From the sequence record SRR20825019_2337: a stretch of 64,000 bases of DNA, one strand, 5' to 3'. Of the stretch, positions 39,645-51,996 are shown piece by piece (positions within the stretch are counted from its first letter, which is position 1; every line of letters begins with the position of its first letter). The position numbers and the translations under genes were made by a program. Under the pieces are notes generated by a model. The model searched no databases, was not told where the DNA came from, and worked only from the letters and a program-made list of their open reading frames with translations.

Positions 39645-40406
39645 TTAAGTGACATTGTCCGCGGGAGGCTCGGGCGGATTCACCTGCTTCAGGGCCTGCT
39701 GAATGGCTTCCTTATCGCGCTCCATGCCTTCAGCTTCCAAGTGCTCAAACTGCGGATGCGAAAAAATACGCGCTTGGATCTTCGGGCCGTCACCCTCTTC
39801 GCTGGCGTCTTTCATGGCACCGCTCAGGGCGGCAACCATGCCGTTCATTCGATCCACTCGGCGGCGCAATTCAGCCAGATCACGCCCCGGCCAATAACCG
39901 CCCTCATCCTTAATCTTCACATCAAGGCCAAGCGCACAAAGAGCGTTTAACAGATCAACCCCCATCGTATGCGCGCGTCGAAAGCTCTCCCAACCGTGCA
40001 GGCTCGTGTATTGTGTTTTGCAGGCCCCCGAAAATCTCCAGCCCTGACTTCGCACTTGGCACGTCTTCCCTGTATGCGTGTCAACCACTTCTGACGGATA
40101 GCGACACAGCCCCAGACGCAGCGGTTCACAATCATGGCCCAAAGTAACGGCAAACACCGATCCTTGCACCGCGGGAATCTCAATTCCCCGGTAAGTATTC
40201 TCCTCGCCACTCACGGGCACCTGCAGCCATTCGCTCTGCCATAACAAAGCCTCCGGAGCACTGCTAATTTCCGTAACACCATCAACCAGCCCCGCCGCGC
40301 GCTTCGATTTTGCCATCGCATGCATCGCCTCAATCAGCGTCGAAATCTCCGCGTCGCTCCCATCCGTCTTCGGGTAAATTTGATAGTTCAAGGTAAGTCC
40401 CATCAT
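39645..40406 (-). CDS. Hypothetical protein
   Basis: 253-aa ORF filling the gap; motif-like CKTQY, DEGGYW, HPQFEHLEAEG. Confidence 0.7.
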   Translation of the reverse strand: MMGLTLNYQIYPKTDGSDAEISTLIEAMHAMAKSKRAAGLVDGVTEISSAPEALLWQSEWLQVPVSGEENTYRGIEIPAVQGSVFAVTLGHDCEPLRLGLCRYPSEVVDTHTGKTCQVRSQGWRFSGACKTQYTSLHGWESFRRAHTMGVDLLNALCALGLDVKIKDEGGYWPGRDLAELRRRVDRMNGMVAALSGAMKDASEEGDGPKIQARIFSHPQFEHLEAEGMERDKEAIQQALKQVNPPEPPADNVT

Positions 40407-40579
40407 TCAGATCCAGTAGCCAGAAACTAATCGTCGAAAACCATTCCCGCAACGGCAAAGGGCTCGCGGGAGCCGCAGCTCCGGGATAATGCGATAGGAG
40501 AGACATTCCCATACATTTAAGTCCATGTGGAAGCCACGCTTGCGGATAAGCCTGAATCTCCCTTACTGAGTGGTAATCC

Positions 40580-41359
<780 letters not shown>

Positions 41360-41362
41360 GCC

Positions 41363-42172
41363 ATGTTGGGCACGCTCAACAAATATCGGCACGTCTTCCT
41401 CGTCGGGCTGCAGAACAACATCGTCTACCGGTGGAATTTTGCACTGCGCGGCTTCTTTTCGCTCTTCCACCTCGTCGTCGTCTTCACGCTGTGGACGGCG
41501 GCCTACCAGGGCTCCTCGGAGATCGGCGGTTTCGATGTGCGACAGACGATGACGTATTTCATCATGTTGCTCGTGCTGCAGTTCTTCATCGGCGCATTCA
41601 ATGAGGACTACGAGATCAGCGAGGAAATCCGAAATGGCCTCATCAATCAGTTTCTCCTCAAGCCGATCAACTATTTCGTTTATCGCTTTAGTATCTTTGT
41701 CGCCGCCCGTCTGGTCTCGGGGCTCCTCGTGCTGATCCCCCTCGCAGTCGCGTTTCCGTTCATTAAGGACTACCTCGTTTTTCCGGATGAGATGTGGCGA
41801 CTCACCCTCGGACTACCGTCGATCGTGCTCGCCGCCCTGATCCAATTCAGCATCGCCTACTGTTTCGGCATGCTCACATTTTGGTTTCTGGAAATTCAGG
41901 GGTTTGTGATTCTCTCGCTCGCGTTGGAAACCTTGCTCGGCGGACAGATGTTCCCACTCGACCTGATGCCCGATGGAATTTTCAAGCTCTCCCAAGTTCT
42001 GCCTTTTTATTATCAGATGTATTTTCCGGCCGCCATTCTGACCGGTCGTCTCGATCAAGCCCTCGCGATTCAAGGCCTTGTCGTGCAATTCGGCTGGGTC
42101 GTGCTGCTGCTCACCATGAATCATTTTCTCTGGAGTCGCGGATTACGCCGTCACACCGCCGTCGGAGGTTAA
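41363..42172 (+). CDS. ABC-2 type (DUF990-like) permease
   Basis: Multi-TM; IRNGLINQFLLKP, GGQMFPLD. Confidence 0.8.
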   Translation: MLGTLNKYRHVFLVGLQNNIVYRWNFALRGFFSLFHLVVVFTLWTAAYQGSSEIGGFDVRQTMTYFIMLLVLQFFIGAFNEDYEISEEIRNGLINQFLLKPINYFVYRFSIFVAARLVSGLLVLIPLAVAFPFIKDYLVFPDEMWRLTLGLPSIVLAALIQFSIAYCFGMLTFWFLEIQGFVILSLALETLLGGQMFPLDLMPDGIFKLSQVLPFYYQMYFPAAILTGRLDQALAIQGLVVQFGWVVLLLTMNHFLWSRGLRRHTAVGG

Positions 42173-42175
42173 GCG

Positions 42176-42964
42176 ATGTTTCATTATCTCAACATCTGGT
42201 TCGCCAGCGTGCGCTACTCCATCGTCCGCACGATGATGTTTCGCTTCGACTTCATTCTCTGGTCCACGGTCGAGTTTTTCTGGATGGCCGTAAATCTGCT
42301 TCTTGTGACCGTGATCTACACGCACACCGACGAGATCGCCGGCTGGAGCAAATACGAAATGATGCTGCTCGTGGGCACTGCCATGCTGATCCAACGTTTT
42401 CTGATGGGGTTTTTCTGGAGCAGTCTGTTCGAAATGGGCCGCAATGTGCGCACCGGACATTTCGATTTCTTTCTCGCCCAACCCGGCAACGTGATGTTCA
42501 TGGCCACCACGCGAAAACTCGACCTCGACGGGCTGATCAATTCCGTCGTCGCGATCGGCGTGATTATCTATTCTGCGACTCAACTCGGTCTGCACCCCTC
42601 CGTGACTGATGTGTTGCTCTATGCGATCATGGTCGCCTGTGGCGTGATGATTCACTACAGCGCCATGGTCATCGTGGTCTCGCTCTCCTTCTGGATCACC
42701 AATGCGAAGGGGCTCGAAGGCAGCTATTTCACCCTCTTTGAATTCTCTCGTCTGCCTCGGCAGGCTTTCGGGGGAATCACGCGCGTCATTTTCGTCTGGG
42801 CCCTCCCTGTCGTGGTGGTCAGCAACATCCCTGCGCAAACCTTGATCCACGGCTTCAATTTCAGCGACACCCTTTGGATTGCCGGGGTCACCGCATTTTG
42901 GTTCGGCCTGGCCGTCCTCGTTTTCCATCGTGGCATTCGCCGCTACTCCAGTGCCAGCTCATGA
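42176..42964 (+). CDS. ABC-2 type (DUF990-like) permease
   Basis: IAGWS, VRTGHFDFFLAQP, GIRRYSSASS. Confidence 0.8.
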   Translation: MFHYLNIWFASVRYSIVRTMMFRFDFILWSTVEFFWMAVNLLLVTVIYTHTDEIAGWSKYEMMLLVGTAMLIQRFLMGFFWSSLFEMGRNVRTGHFDFFLAQPGNVMFMATTRKLDLDGLINSVVAIGVIIYSATQLGLHPSVTDVLLYAIMVACGVMIHYSAMVIVVSLSFWITNAKGLEGSYFTLFEFSRLPRQAFGGITRVIFVWALPVVVVSNIPAQTLIHGFNFSDTLWIAGVTAFWFGLAVLVFHRGIRRYSSASS

Positions 42965-43665
42965 ACGCCGCTTTACAAACTCTTCAACACGACCTCGGGC
43001 ATACCTTCAAATCGCCCGATCTGCTCCAACTCGCCCTCACCCATCCTTCGTTGACGAACGAAGATGAGAACATTGCCGAATCGAATCAACGCCTCGAGTT
43101 TCTGGGCGACGCCGTGCTGCAACTCGTCTTAACCAGCGAGCTCTATCAACTCTACCCCGACGAACGAGAGGGAGTTTTGAGCCAACGTCGTGCTGCCTTA
43201 AGCAAAGGCTCCTTTCTAAGTGAACTCGCGCGTGAAATCCATTTGGACGACTGCCTTTCTCTGAGTAAAAGCGAAGAAGAAAGTGGTGGTCGCAATCGCG
43301 ATTCCGCCCTGGAGGACGCCTTCGAAGCTCTCGTCGCCGCCGTCTATCTCGATGATGGTATCAAAACGGTCACCCGGATCGTTCTCAAAATTTACGGTCC
43401 GCTCGACTCACGTCTGACCGGCCGAAACGAAATCGAAAACCCCAAAGGGCACTTACAGGAAATGGTGCAGCCTGTTCACGGAAACAACGCGTTGCGTTAT
43501 GCGGTCACCGCCACCAGCGGTGAGGATCATGCCAAAATTTATACGGTGACACTTTACTTTCGCGATCAGCCTCTCGCGACCGGGGAGGGTTCTTCCAAGA
43601 AAAACGCCGAAGAATCGGCTGCACGAGCTGCGCTTTCCTCCTGGGAAGTGCCTCCTGCCGAATAG
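42961..43665 (+). CDS. rnc: Ribonuclease III
   Basis: NQRLEFLGDAVL, DAFEAL, dsRBD (NPKGHLQE..SKKNAEE). Confidence 0.95.
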   Translation: MNAALQTLQHDLGHTFKSPDLLQLALTHPSLTNEDENIAESNQRLEFLGDAVLQLVLTSELYQLYPDEREGVLSQRRAALSKGSFLSELAREIHLDDCLSLSKSEEESGGRNRDSALEDAFEALVAAVYLDDGIKTVTRIVLKIYGPLDSRLTGRNEIENPKGHLQEMVQPVHGNNALRYAVTATSGEDHAKIYTVTLYFRDQPLATGEGSSKKNAEESAARAALSSWEVPPAE

Positions 43666-43714
43666 CACGAGTTGATTTCGTGAGTGAGCTTTTCGCATCT
43701 CCTCGGTTTCACGC

Positions 43715-46700
43715 ATGAACATGGCCAACCACGCTCGTCATTCGCTTTCCGGAATTTGTCCGGCCGCGATCGGATGTGCTCTAAACCAGCTGGTCCAACG
43801 TCATGCCGCCCCCGTTTGGATCATCGTGTCTGCCGATCTGAAAACGGCGGAACATCTCGCGGAGGATCTTCAATTTTTCCATCACGCTTCGGAAGACAAC
43901 GTCACGCGACATGTGCTGGTTTTTCCGGAGTCGATGCCCGATTCACGCGATATGCGTGATGCCTTTAATGCCTCCAGCGATCGTCTCACCGCACTCTCGC
44001 AACTTCGTGCGCGCCGCCACCTTTCGCAAACACCCGATCCATTGCTGGTCGTCACGACTCCGGCTGCGCTGCTTCAATCCGTGCCCTCGCTGGAAGAGTT
44101 TACCACCAACGAACTGACTCTCCGGAAAGGACAGTCGCAATCGTTCAACGGATTGCTCGAGCAACTCCAAACGCTCGACTATGATTCCGAAGCGGTCTGC
44201 GAAGCACCCGGTCATTACGCGATTCGCGGCGGCATCATTGATGTCTATCCGGTCACCGCCAGCCAACCCTACCGCCTCGATTTCTTTGGGGATGAAATCG
44301 AGGACATCCGCGCTTACGATCCCGTCAATCAACGTTCGGGGGCACATGTCGAAGAGATCAAGATCGGCGCGACTCCCCGGATGCGATTGGCTGATTCAAC
44401 GACGGGATTGGCCGATTATCTTCCCGCGAGTGCTGCTCTCGTTTTTATTGAACCCGCCTCACTGGAGGAGGAGTTCAGTGCCTTCGCCCGCGAAAGCAAT
44501 GATTCGCAACGGCTGCAGACGCTTCGCACCAAATGCCGCCTCCATTTCGGACTGTCCGATATCGATGAGGCCAGCGGTCTCTTCCACGAAGCGACAAGCG
44601 AACAAACCTGGGATACCGAATCGCTCAACCACCATCGACGCTACCCGGATGAGAGCCTCGTGGCCCAGGAGAGACTGGATGTCGAATCGGAGGCTCGAGG
44701 CGAATTCCTGCAGCAACTCAGCGTTTGGAGAAAGGCCGGTTACGGCATCGTGTTGGTCGCCTCAAAAGACGGTGAACTCCAACGCATCAAGGAAATCCTC
44801 ACCGAGGAGAAGTTGGTCTCGAAAATCGCTCCCCATTTCTTGATCGGTTCGCTTAACGAAGGATTCCGCATCACATTTCGGGATACACAGACGAAGATCA
44901 ATTGGAAGAAAGGGCCTGCCAAGCGCGGCCTGGTCGTCGTCACCGAAACGGAAATCTTCGGCCGCCGTCGTCAGCGCAGGCCAACCGTGAATCCCCGGGC
45001 AATCGCCCAACGCGCACAGATTGATCAACTACTCGATTTCTCCGAACTCGCCGAGGGTGATTTTGTCGTTCATCTCCAGCATGGCATCGCACTCTACCGT
45101 GGACTCACGAAACTCGATACCGCTCAAGGGATCAAAGAAGTCATCTCGCTCGAATTCGACGATCAGGTCACCTTGCACGTCCCGTTGCAGGAATCTCATC
45201 TCATCAGCCGTTACGTCGGTCTGAGCAAAACGCGTCCACAACTCGGCAAAATCGGTTCCGGTCGCTGGGAAAAAGCCCGTAAGGCGGCCGAACGTTCGAC
45301 CCTCGATCTGGCTGCTGAACTCCTGCGGATTCACGCCACCCGTGAAGCCCAGCCCGGGTTCGCATTTCCGGAGGACAACACGTGGCAGAAGGAATTCGAA
45401 GCCTCATTCCCCTACACCGAAACCCGCGATCAACATCGGGCCATCGAAGAATCGAAGAGCGACATGGAACTCACCCGCCCGATGGATCGATTGATCTGTG
45501 GCGATGTGGGCTTTGGCAAAACCGAAGTGGCGATCCGTGCTGCGTTCAAAGCCGTGCAAGGTGGCAAGCAAGTCGCCGTCCTCGTGCCGACCACGGTGCT
45601 CGCACAACAACACCTCAATTCTTTTCGTGAACGCATGGCCGGTTATCCGCTGGCCATCGAAATGGTCAGCCGTTTCCGCACGCGACAGGAGCAGAAGAAG
45701 ATCCTCGCCGCCTTGGCGGCCGGACAAGTGGACATCCTGATCGGCACTCACCGTCTGCTGCAAAAGGATGTGGTCTTCAAAGAACTGGGATTGGTCGTCG
45801 TCGATGAGGAACAGCGCTTCGGGGTAAAACACAAGGAGCGCCTCAAGGCCATGCGCTCGATGATTGATGTGCTCTCGATGAGCGCGACGCCGATTCCCCG
45901 CACCCTTTACATGGCACTGACTGGGGCCCGCGATCTCAGTGTGATTGAAACCGCGCCGACCAATCGCCACCCCATCCAAACCATCGTCAAAACCTACGAC
46001 GAGAAGATCGTCACCGATGCGATCTCCCACGAAATCCGTCGCGGCGGACAAGTATTCTATCTGCACAATCGGGTCATGACGATCGAGGCGGTCGCCGCCC
46101 GTTTACGGGAACTCCTTCCCCATGTGACCATCGGCGTTGGCCACGGCCAAATGGAAGCGGATGAGCTCGAACGCGTGATGACCGATTTCGTCGCGGGAAA
46201 TCAACAGGTGCTCGTGTGCACGACGATTATTGAGAGCGGTCTCGATATCCCCAATTGCAACACGATCATTATCGAGGGTGCGGATCGGTTTGGTCTCTCG
46301 CAGCTCTATCAGCTTCGGGGTCGTGTGGGCCGCTTCAAACACCAGGCTTATGCCTATCTGCTGCTGCACCGTCACACCCGGTTGATGGAGGTCGCGCGAC
46401 ACCGGCTGACCGCGATGCGGCAACATAATCAGTTGGGTGCGGGTTTCCGGATCGCGATGCGCGATCTGGAATTACGCGGTGCCGGCAATCTCCTCGGTTC
46501 CCAGCAGAGCGGGCATATCGTCGGCGTTGGCTTCGAGCTCTACTGCCAGTTATTGCGTCAATCCGTAGCCCGGTTGAAGGGTGACAAACAGGCTGCCACC
46601 GTCCGCGCTTCCGTTAAAATCGACTTCGTGCACGTAGGCGAAGGCGCTTCCGAGCAAGGTGCCCGACGCAATCGTTACGAAGACGGCTACACCGTGCTCA

Positions 46701-47107
46701 AGGATCTTGAGGACGACGCCGCGAAAAAACTCCCCGTCATCCAAGCCCGTATTCCTACCAACTACCTCAGTGAGACAAGATTACGCATCGATTGCTACCG
46801 GCGGCTCGCACTCGCGGATTCCCCGGAAGCGTTGTGCGAGATCACCGAAGATCTCCGCGACCGGTTCGGAGCGTATGGCCAGGAACTCGAAGCCCTCCTC
46901 ACCATTACCGAAATTCGGATCCGGGCGGAACAAAAGGGGCTCGTTTCAGTCGAAACACAGGCTAACCGCCTGAAGTGCTTGAGAAACAGTGGCCGTCGGG
47001 ATGACTGGGTGCAGATTGGCTCCCGCTTTCCAAGGTTGACCGCCCCCAAGCCACTCCTACGGTTGCGCGAGATCATCTCCTTTTTAAACAACCTACCCAA
47101 TCCATGA
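43715..47107 (+). CDS. mfd: Transcription-repair coupling factor
   Basis: [50 protein letters not shown]-domain. Confidence 0.96.
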   Translation: MNMANHARHSLSGICPAAIGCALNQLVQRHAAPVWIIVSADLKTAEHLAEDLQFFHHASEDNVTRHVLVFPESMPDSRDMRDAFNASSDRLTALSQLRARRHLSQTPDPLLVVTTPAALLQSVPSLEEFTTNELTLRKGQSQSFNGLLEQLQTLDYDSEAVCEAPGHYAIRGGIIDVYPVTASQPYRLDFFGDEIEDIRAYDPVNQRSGAHVEEIKIGATPRMRLADSTTGLADYLPASAALVFIEPASLEEEFSAFARESNDSQRLQTLRTKCRLHFGLSDIDEASGLFHEATSEQTWDTESLNHHRRYPDESLVAQERLDVESEARGEFLQQLSVWRKAGYGIVLVASKDGELQRIKEILTEEKLVSKIAPHFLIGSLNEGFRITFRDTQTKINWKKGPAKRGLVVVTETEIFGRRRQRRPTVNPRAIAQRAQIDQLLDFSELAEGDFVVHLQHGIALYRGLTKLDTAQGIKEVISLEFDDQVTLHVPLQESHLISRYVGLSKTRPQLGKIGSGRWEKARKAAERSTLDLAAELLRIHATREAQPGFAFPEDNTWQKEFEASFPYTETRDQHRAIEESKSDMELTRPMDRLICGDVGFGKTEVAIRAAFKAVQGGKQVAVLVPTTVLAQQHLNSFRERMAGYPLAIEMVSRFRTRQEQKKILAALAAGQVDILIGTHRLLQKDVVFKELGLVVVDEEQRFGVKHKERLKAMRSMIDVLSMSATPIPRTLYMALTGARDLSVIETAPTNRHPIQTIVKTYDEKIVTDAISHEIRRGGQVFYLHNRVMTIEAVAARLRELLPHVTIGVGHGQMEADELERVMTDFVAGNQQVLVCTTIIESGLDIPNCNTIIIEGADRFGLSQLYQLRGRVGRFKHQAYAYLLLHRHTRLMEVARHRLTAMRQHNQLGAGFRIAMRDLELRGAGNLLGSQQSGHIVGVGFELYCQLLRQSVARLKGDKQAATVRASVKIDFVHVGEGASEQGARRNRYEDGYTVLKDLEDDAAKKLPVIQARIPTNYLSETRLRIDCYRRLALADSPEALCEITEDLRDRFGAYGQELEALLTITEIRIRAEQKGLVSVETQANRLKCLRNSGRRDDWVQIGSRFPRLTAPKPLLRLREIISFLNNLPNP

Positions 47108-48102
47108 CGTTTCGTCGTTGCGCCACCTTCGCACTCGCCCTCCTCGGATTTTCCTCCACCGGATTCTCCCAAACCACCGATAGCCCGGACGACGGACTCA
47201 ACATGCGCTTCGCCAATGGCATCGCCGCTGTGGTCGAAAACAAAGTCATCACGGTTGATGATATCCGTCGGGAAATCGCACCCATGTTGCCCCAATTGCA
47301 ACGCGAAGCCCGCAACGAGGAAGATTTCAACAAGCGTCTGGAAGGGATGCAGGATAGCATCATTCAGGAGCTGATTGATCGCGTGCTCATCATCAAAGAA
47401 TTCCGCAAGGACGAGAAAAAGCAGATTCCTCCCGGCTTCATTGATAGCCGCATTTCGGATATTCAGGCCGAGCAATTCGACAATGATCGCTCCAAGTTCC
47501 TCGCTTATCTGCGTAGCCGCGGCACCACGTTGCGTGATTACCGCACCGAAGTCGAAGACGACATCATCTACTCCTATATGCGCCAACAACAGCGCAAGTC
47601 ACAAAGCATCGTCAGCCCGGTGCGCATTGAGACCTATTACGAAGAAAATAAAGAGCGCTTCCATCAGGAAGACAGTGTTCATCTGCGCCTCATTCAACTG
47701 AACCAATCTGCAGATGAATCGGAAGCGCAGCTCCTCACACGGGCAATGGAAGTCACCGGCCGATTCCAACGCGGGGAATCATTTGCCGATCTCGCCAAGG
47801 AATACAGCCAGGATTCCCGCCGCAGCAAAGGTGGTGACTGGGGATGGCAGAAGCGTTCCGACCTGAAAAAGGAATTCAGCACCCCCTTGTTTAATCTTGA
47901 TAAGGGAGAAGTGACCGCTCCGGTCGTCACCCCTGAAGGGTGTTTCATTCTCTACGCCGAGGATCGCAAATACGCTGGCATTCAACCGATCGACGAAGTG
48001 CGCGATACCATCGAACGCATTCTGATCCAACAGATGGGTCGCGTCAGTGAAGAACGTTGGCTCGAACGTCTCCGTCGCAACGGCTACGTGAAGCACTACT
48101 GA
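47104..48102 (+). CDS. surA: SurA-like peptidyl-prolyl isomerase/chaperone
   Basis: Signal peptide, IAAVVENKVIT, parvulin FADLAKEYSQD..GGDWGW. Confidence 0.8.
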   Translation: MTFRRCATFALALLGFSSTGFSQTTDSPDDGLNMRFANGIAAVVENKVITVDDIRREIAPMLPQLQREARNEEDFNKRLEGMQDSIIQELIDRVLIIKEFRKDEKKQIPPGFIDSRISDIQAEQFDNDRSKFLAYLRSRGTTLRDYRTEVEDDIIYSYMRQQQRKSQSIVSPVRIETYYEENKERFHQEDSVHLRLIQLNQSADESEAQLLTRAMEVTGRFQRGESFADLAKEYSQDSRRSKGGDWGWQKRSDLKKEFSTPLFNLDKGEVTAPVVTPEGCFILYAEDRKYAGIQPIDEVRDTIERILIQQMGRVSEERWLERLRRNGYVKHY

Positions 48103-48665
48103 ATCGAAGGGAATCCCGGTGTCGCGGTCAGACTGGCCACCTGAATCCCTTTTTCAATATCCTGCGTGATCGGCGAAGCACCGCGATCGTTCGGCGAATA
48201 AGCGCGCACTGCGGTCCCAATGTAATTATCGGGAGTAACCCGCGTCCGATCCAAGTAGCCATTCCCCACTCCCGCCGCGGTCCAGCCGCGCTTGGTCTTG
48301 GCGACCAGATTGTGCGCGACCGGAAATCCTAGATCTCCGAAGAAAATCACGGTCATCCCTGCCCGCAGTTCCTCAAAAGCCTGCTCTTGAATCACGAGCA
48401 CCGTGCGGTGTTTGTAGAGCGGCTGCATCGAATCACCGCTCCCGACGACCACATCTCCACCGGGAAGTGATTTCGCTTCAGCCAAGGCGCGATGCCAGGC
48501 CGCTCTGAGCGGCATATACTCCGGTTTAGGCGAATGAGTCGTATCCACCGGTCCCGTCAATTTCGGCGCGGGTGTGGTTCCGCATCCCGTTCCCAAAACC
48601 ATCAGCACAAGCACGAGCAAGAGCCCGGCCGTTTTGGCTATTGAACTGGAAGAGGGTGTTGCCAC
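48096..48665 (-). CDS. S26-like (signal-peptidase fold) lipoprotein
   Basis: Lipobox-like LGTGC; GDSMQP serine motif; VAH in place of the Lys base. Confidence 0.6.
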   Translation of the reverse strand: MATPSSSSIAKTAGLLLVLVLMVLGTGCGTTPAPKLTGPVDTTHSPKPEYMPLRAAWHRALAEAKSLPGGDVVVGSGDSMQPLYKHRTVLVIQEQAFEELRAGMTVIFFGDLGFPVAHNLVAKTKRGWTAAGVGNGYLDRTRVTPDNYIGTAVRAYSPNDRGASPITQDIEKGIQVASLTATPGFPSIQ

Positions 48666-48973
48666 CCCTTCATATTGCCTTCAAATCGCGAAATTGCCCA
48701 TAGGGGCGAACGAGGTATCGCTCCTCCTTAAAAATCTTATATTAGCTCAATTTTCCTCCCATCCCATTAAAGGGAAATTCCTCATCGCATCCGCGTATCC
48801 CGAATACCACTGAGGGATTTTCCCAATGTATCTCAGATCAATTCCTCCGATACGCGTGGGTCATGCAAAGATAATGAAGCCTGATTGGCACTCCATCCCT
48901 CGGTAATCCTGGGGAATTGTAAATACGCTGTAAACAAGCCCTGAGGACTTATCCGACGCCACTGAAGCAAAAA

Positions 48974-49723
48974 TTAGACGTCCGTGGGCGTCACTTCTTC
49001 GAGCGGCTCCCGAACATTCTCACATTCCGCGACATCACCCCAATGACCTTGCGGGCGTGCCCATTCGGCCGCGTTCGCAATGACTCGACGCACATTTTTA
49101 TCGAAATAGGTCGGATACGTTTCATGGCCTGGACGGAAGTAAAAAATTCTGCCGTTGCCACGATGCCAGCAGCATCCGCTGCGAAACACTTCGCCTCCTT
49201 CAAACCAGGAAATAAACACCTGTTCATCAGGTGTCGGAATCGCGAATGGCTCCCCATACATTTCCTCTTGTGCGAGTTCGAAATACTTCCCGACACCCTG
49301 AGCAATCGGATGGCCGGGATTACAGACCCAGAGTCGTTCCCGTTCTCCGATCTCCCGCCATGTTAGCGAACACGCGGTGCCGAGCAGTCGCTTGAATATC
49401 TTCGCGAAATGTCCCGAGTGTAAGACGATCAGGCCCATGCCTTGCAGCACGCGCTGCTGCACCCGATCAACGATCCTATCCTCTACCTGATCGTGAGCGC
49501 AATGTCCCCACCACACCAGGACATCGGTATTGGCCAAGCGTTCTTCGGTGAGACCATGATCAGGTTCCTGTAAAGTCGCGGTCGACACTTCAGCGTGGGC
49601 CAGCAACTCGCTAATTCCCTGGCCGATGACCGTGTGCATCCCATCAGGATAAATCTCCGCCACCGCAGGCATTTTGTGCTCATGCACATTTTCTCCCCAA
49701 ACAATTACGCGTAATGGTTCCAT
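48974..49723 (-). CDS. thuA: Trehalose utilization ThuA protein
   Basis: [35 protein letters not shown]. Confidence 0.88.
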   Translation of the reverse strand: MEPLRVIVWGENVHEHKMPAVAEIYPDGMHTVIGQGISELLAHAEVSTATLQEPDHGLTEERLANTDVLVWWGHCAHDQVEDRIVDRVQQRVLQGMGLIVLHSGHFAKIFKRLLGTACSLTWREIGERERLWVCNPGHPIAQGVGKYFELAQEEMYGEPFAIPTPDEQVFISWFEGGEVFRSGCCWHRGNGRIFYFRPGHETYPTYFDKNVRRVIANAAEWARPQGHWGDVAECENVREPLEEVTPTDV

Positions 49724-49774
49724 GGAGAGAAGGATTTGCAGTTTTAGGAAAGCAGGGCCAGAAACAAAGGCCTT

Positions 49775-50497
49775 ATGACACAACCTGTCATTTACCCCGA
49801 GAACCGTCTTCAGAGCACGATCCTCTCCGAACGTCCTCAGGAACGGATGCTCAGACTCGGGGCCAGCAGCCTGAGCGACACCGAATTACTTGCCATGCTG
49901 CTTCGGAGCGGAACCCGTGGAATGGATGTTCTTTCACTCGCCGGTAAACTCATCAAAGAGGCTGGCTCACTGGCAGGACTGATCAGTTGGCAGGTCGGAG
50001 ATTATCGACGACTCAAAGGGATTGGCCCCATCAAGGCGCTCCAACTCGTGACCGTGATGGAAGTCGCGCGGCGCGTTCTCGTGCAGGAAAAAGGAGAGTC
50101 TCCCCTCCTCAATCAAGCTGATCGCGTGGCCGCCTATCTTCAACCCATTGCCCAAGGCCTGACGGTCGAGAAATTCTGGGTGCTCTCCTTAAACCGCCGC
50201 AATCGGTTGATCAAATGCACCGAGATCACCTCCGGCACGGCCACCGCAACATTAGCACATCCGCGCGAAGTTTTCAGGGTCGCGATCAATCACTCAGCCA
50301 CCGCAATCATCTGCGCCCACAACCATCCCTCCGGGGATCCCAGCCCCAGTTCGGCCGACATCAAAATCACCCGACAACTCCGGGATGCCGCCAGCACCGT
50401 TGATATCGAATTTCTCGATCACATTATTCTTGGGCGCACCGCAAACGATCCCACCGCACAGGGTTACTATAGCTTCCGTGAAGCGGGGGTAATATAG
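49775..50497 (+). CDS. radC: RadC/JAB domain protein
   Basis: [38 protein letters not shown]. Confidence 0.93.
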   Translation: MTQPVIYPENRLQSTILSERPQERMLRLGASSLSDTELLAMLLRSGTRGMDVLSLAGKLIKEAGSLAGLISWQVGDYRRLKGIGPIKALQLVTVMEVARRVLVQEKGESPLLNQADRVAAYLQPIAQGLTVEKFWVLSLNRRNRLIKCTEITSGTATATLAHPREVFRVAINHSATAIICAHNHPSGDPSPSSADIKITRQLRDAASTVDIEFLDHIILGRTANDPTAQGYYSFREAGVI

Positions 50498-50555
50498 GAT
50501 CGCGTAGATCGTGTTACCGGTTGAATAAACATGGTTTGGATATTAATTTCGCGAC

Positions 50556-51458
50556 ATGCCTTCCTCCCCGGATACAGCTCAACGCAGCCGAGCGATTGTT
50601 TCACGTTTGAAACAGTCTCAGGTCTATCGCGACTACGAGAAGGCATTTGGGAACACGATCGGGCTACCGTTGAATCTCCGTCCTTTGGCAGCGTTTGATC
50701 TGCCTCATCACGGCTCGACGCAGGAAAATCCATTTTGCGCGCTGATGGCCAAGACCAATCAGACTTGTTCGGCCTGCCTCCAACTCCAGAGCAAAATCGA
50801 GCAGGAAGCCCAAATGGAGCCCAAGACCCTCAAATGTTTTGCCGGACTCTGCGATTCATCAGTTCCGATAAGAGTCGGAGATGGCCTCGTCGCGTTTCTG
50901 CAAACCGGCCAAATTCTGCTCCACAAACCCACGAAGCGGGAATTCACCCGCACCACCCGTCAGATCCTGAAATGGGGCACTGAAGTGGATTTAAAGCGTT
51001 TGGAGGAAGCCTATTTTCAAACCCGGGTCCTTTCCAAAGAGCAGTATGATTCGATTCTCAAGCTCCTGACTATTTTCGCCCAGCATCTTTCCACCCTCAG
51101 CACCCAGCTCATTGTCAAGGAACAGGAGGCTGAGTCACCTACGGTCAGCCGCGCACGACTTTACATCGACGAACATCAGGATGAGGAAATTTCCCTCAAT
51201 GAGGTAGCCAAAGCCGTCAACATGAGCGCCTTTTATTTCTGTAAGACCTTTAAGAAATCCACGGGGATGACTTTCACCGATTACCTCTCCCGCGTGCGGA
51301 TCGAAAAGGTGAAAAATCTTCTGCTCAACCCGCACAAAAGGATCAGCGAGGCAGCCTTTGCTTCAGGCTTTCAGTCGCTCTCACAGTTTAATCGCGTCTT
51401 TCGAAAAGTGACCGGTGAATCACCGACGAGCTACCGGGAACGAGTGCTCAAAGTCTGA
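50556..51458 (+). CDS. AraC regulator with Cys-rich PocR-type sensor domain
   Basis: NPFC..TCSAC..KCFAGLC..VPIRVG; C-terminal AraC double HTH (GFQSLSQFNR). Confidence 0.88.
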   Translation: MPSSPDTAQRSRAIVSRLKQSQVYRDYEKAFGNTIGLPLNLRPLAAFDLPHHGSTQENPFCALMAKTNQTCSACLQLQSKIEQEAQMEPKTLKCFAGLCDSSVPIRVGDGLVAFLQTGQILLHKPTKREFTRTTRQILKWGTEVDLKRLEEAYFQTRVLSKEQYDSILKLLTIFAQHLSTLSTQLIVKEQEAESPTVSRARLYIDEHQDEEISLNEVAKAVNMSAFYFCKTFKKSTGMTFTDYLSRVRIEKVKNLLLNPHKRISEAAFASGFQSLSQFNRVFRKVTGESPTSYRERVLKV

Positions 51459-51895
51459 TCCTCAGCGGCTTCAAACGGCGCGAGCTGCCGTCTCTGACAA
51501 ACCGAGCAGAGCATCGCGATCTCTTCCGCTTTCAGCCTCCGAAAAATCTGATGCAACTCGCCCATCGCATGGCGCTGATCGGCCATCGTCATATGCGGCA
51601 CGGTGTGGATCGCCCGAAGCATCGCCTCTTCCATGGCCGTTTCCCCTGCCGCGAAGTAAGAAAATAAAGGATTAAGCCCGCAGGCGCATTTCGGCTCGGG
51701 AGCGCCTTCCAATCCTTCACCGTGGGAATGCGCCATCCGTTCAAGTATTTCCGTGCAGGTCTCGGGAATCTTGAAGGCCAGTATTTCCGGATTAGCCAAT
51801 GGCGAGCTTGGCGACTCCGCACGCAAAAGGAATTCCCATCGAGCACACAAACTGGCCCGTTGAGATCGCATCGCGCTGATGAGCTTCTCCAACAT
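51431..51895 (-). CDS. Hypothetical helical protein with CxC and CxxC motifs
   Basis: 154 aa; C70-A-C72-GLNP, C130-SV-C133; divergent from the cco operon. Confidence 0.7.
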   Translation of the reverse strand: MLEKLISAMRSQRASLCARWEFLLRAESPSSPLANPEILAFKIPETCTEILERMAHSHGEGLEGAPEPKCACGLNPLFSYFAAGETAMEEAMLRAIHTVPHMTMADQRHAMGELHQIFRRLKAEEIAMLCSVCQRRQLAPFEAAEDQTLSTRSR

Positions 51896-51950
51896 GCGCA
51901 GAACATAACCCCAACCGTATCTCCGCGACTTCGCATGCGTTGCTCAAGCA

Positions 51951-51996
51951 TGTGCATCTTTTGGCACTAATTTCCGCCAATCGCAAAATATGCACA
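51951..51996. promoter_or_regulatory. Putative operator, 13-bp inverted repeat
   Basis: TGTGCATCTTTTG-N20-CAAAATATGCACA (12/13 complementary). Confidence 0.55.

Noticed and set aside
49775-50497. radC as a mobile-element marker
   Set aside because: Full-length chromosomal type with N-terminal HhH region and no mobile genes nearby
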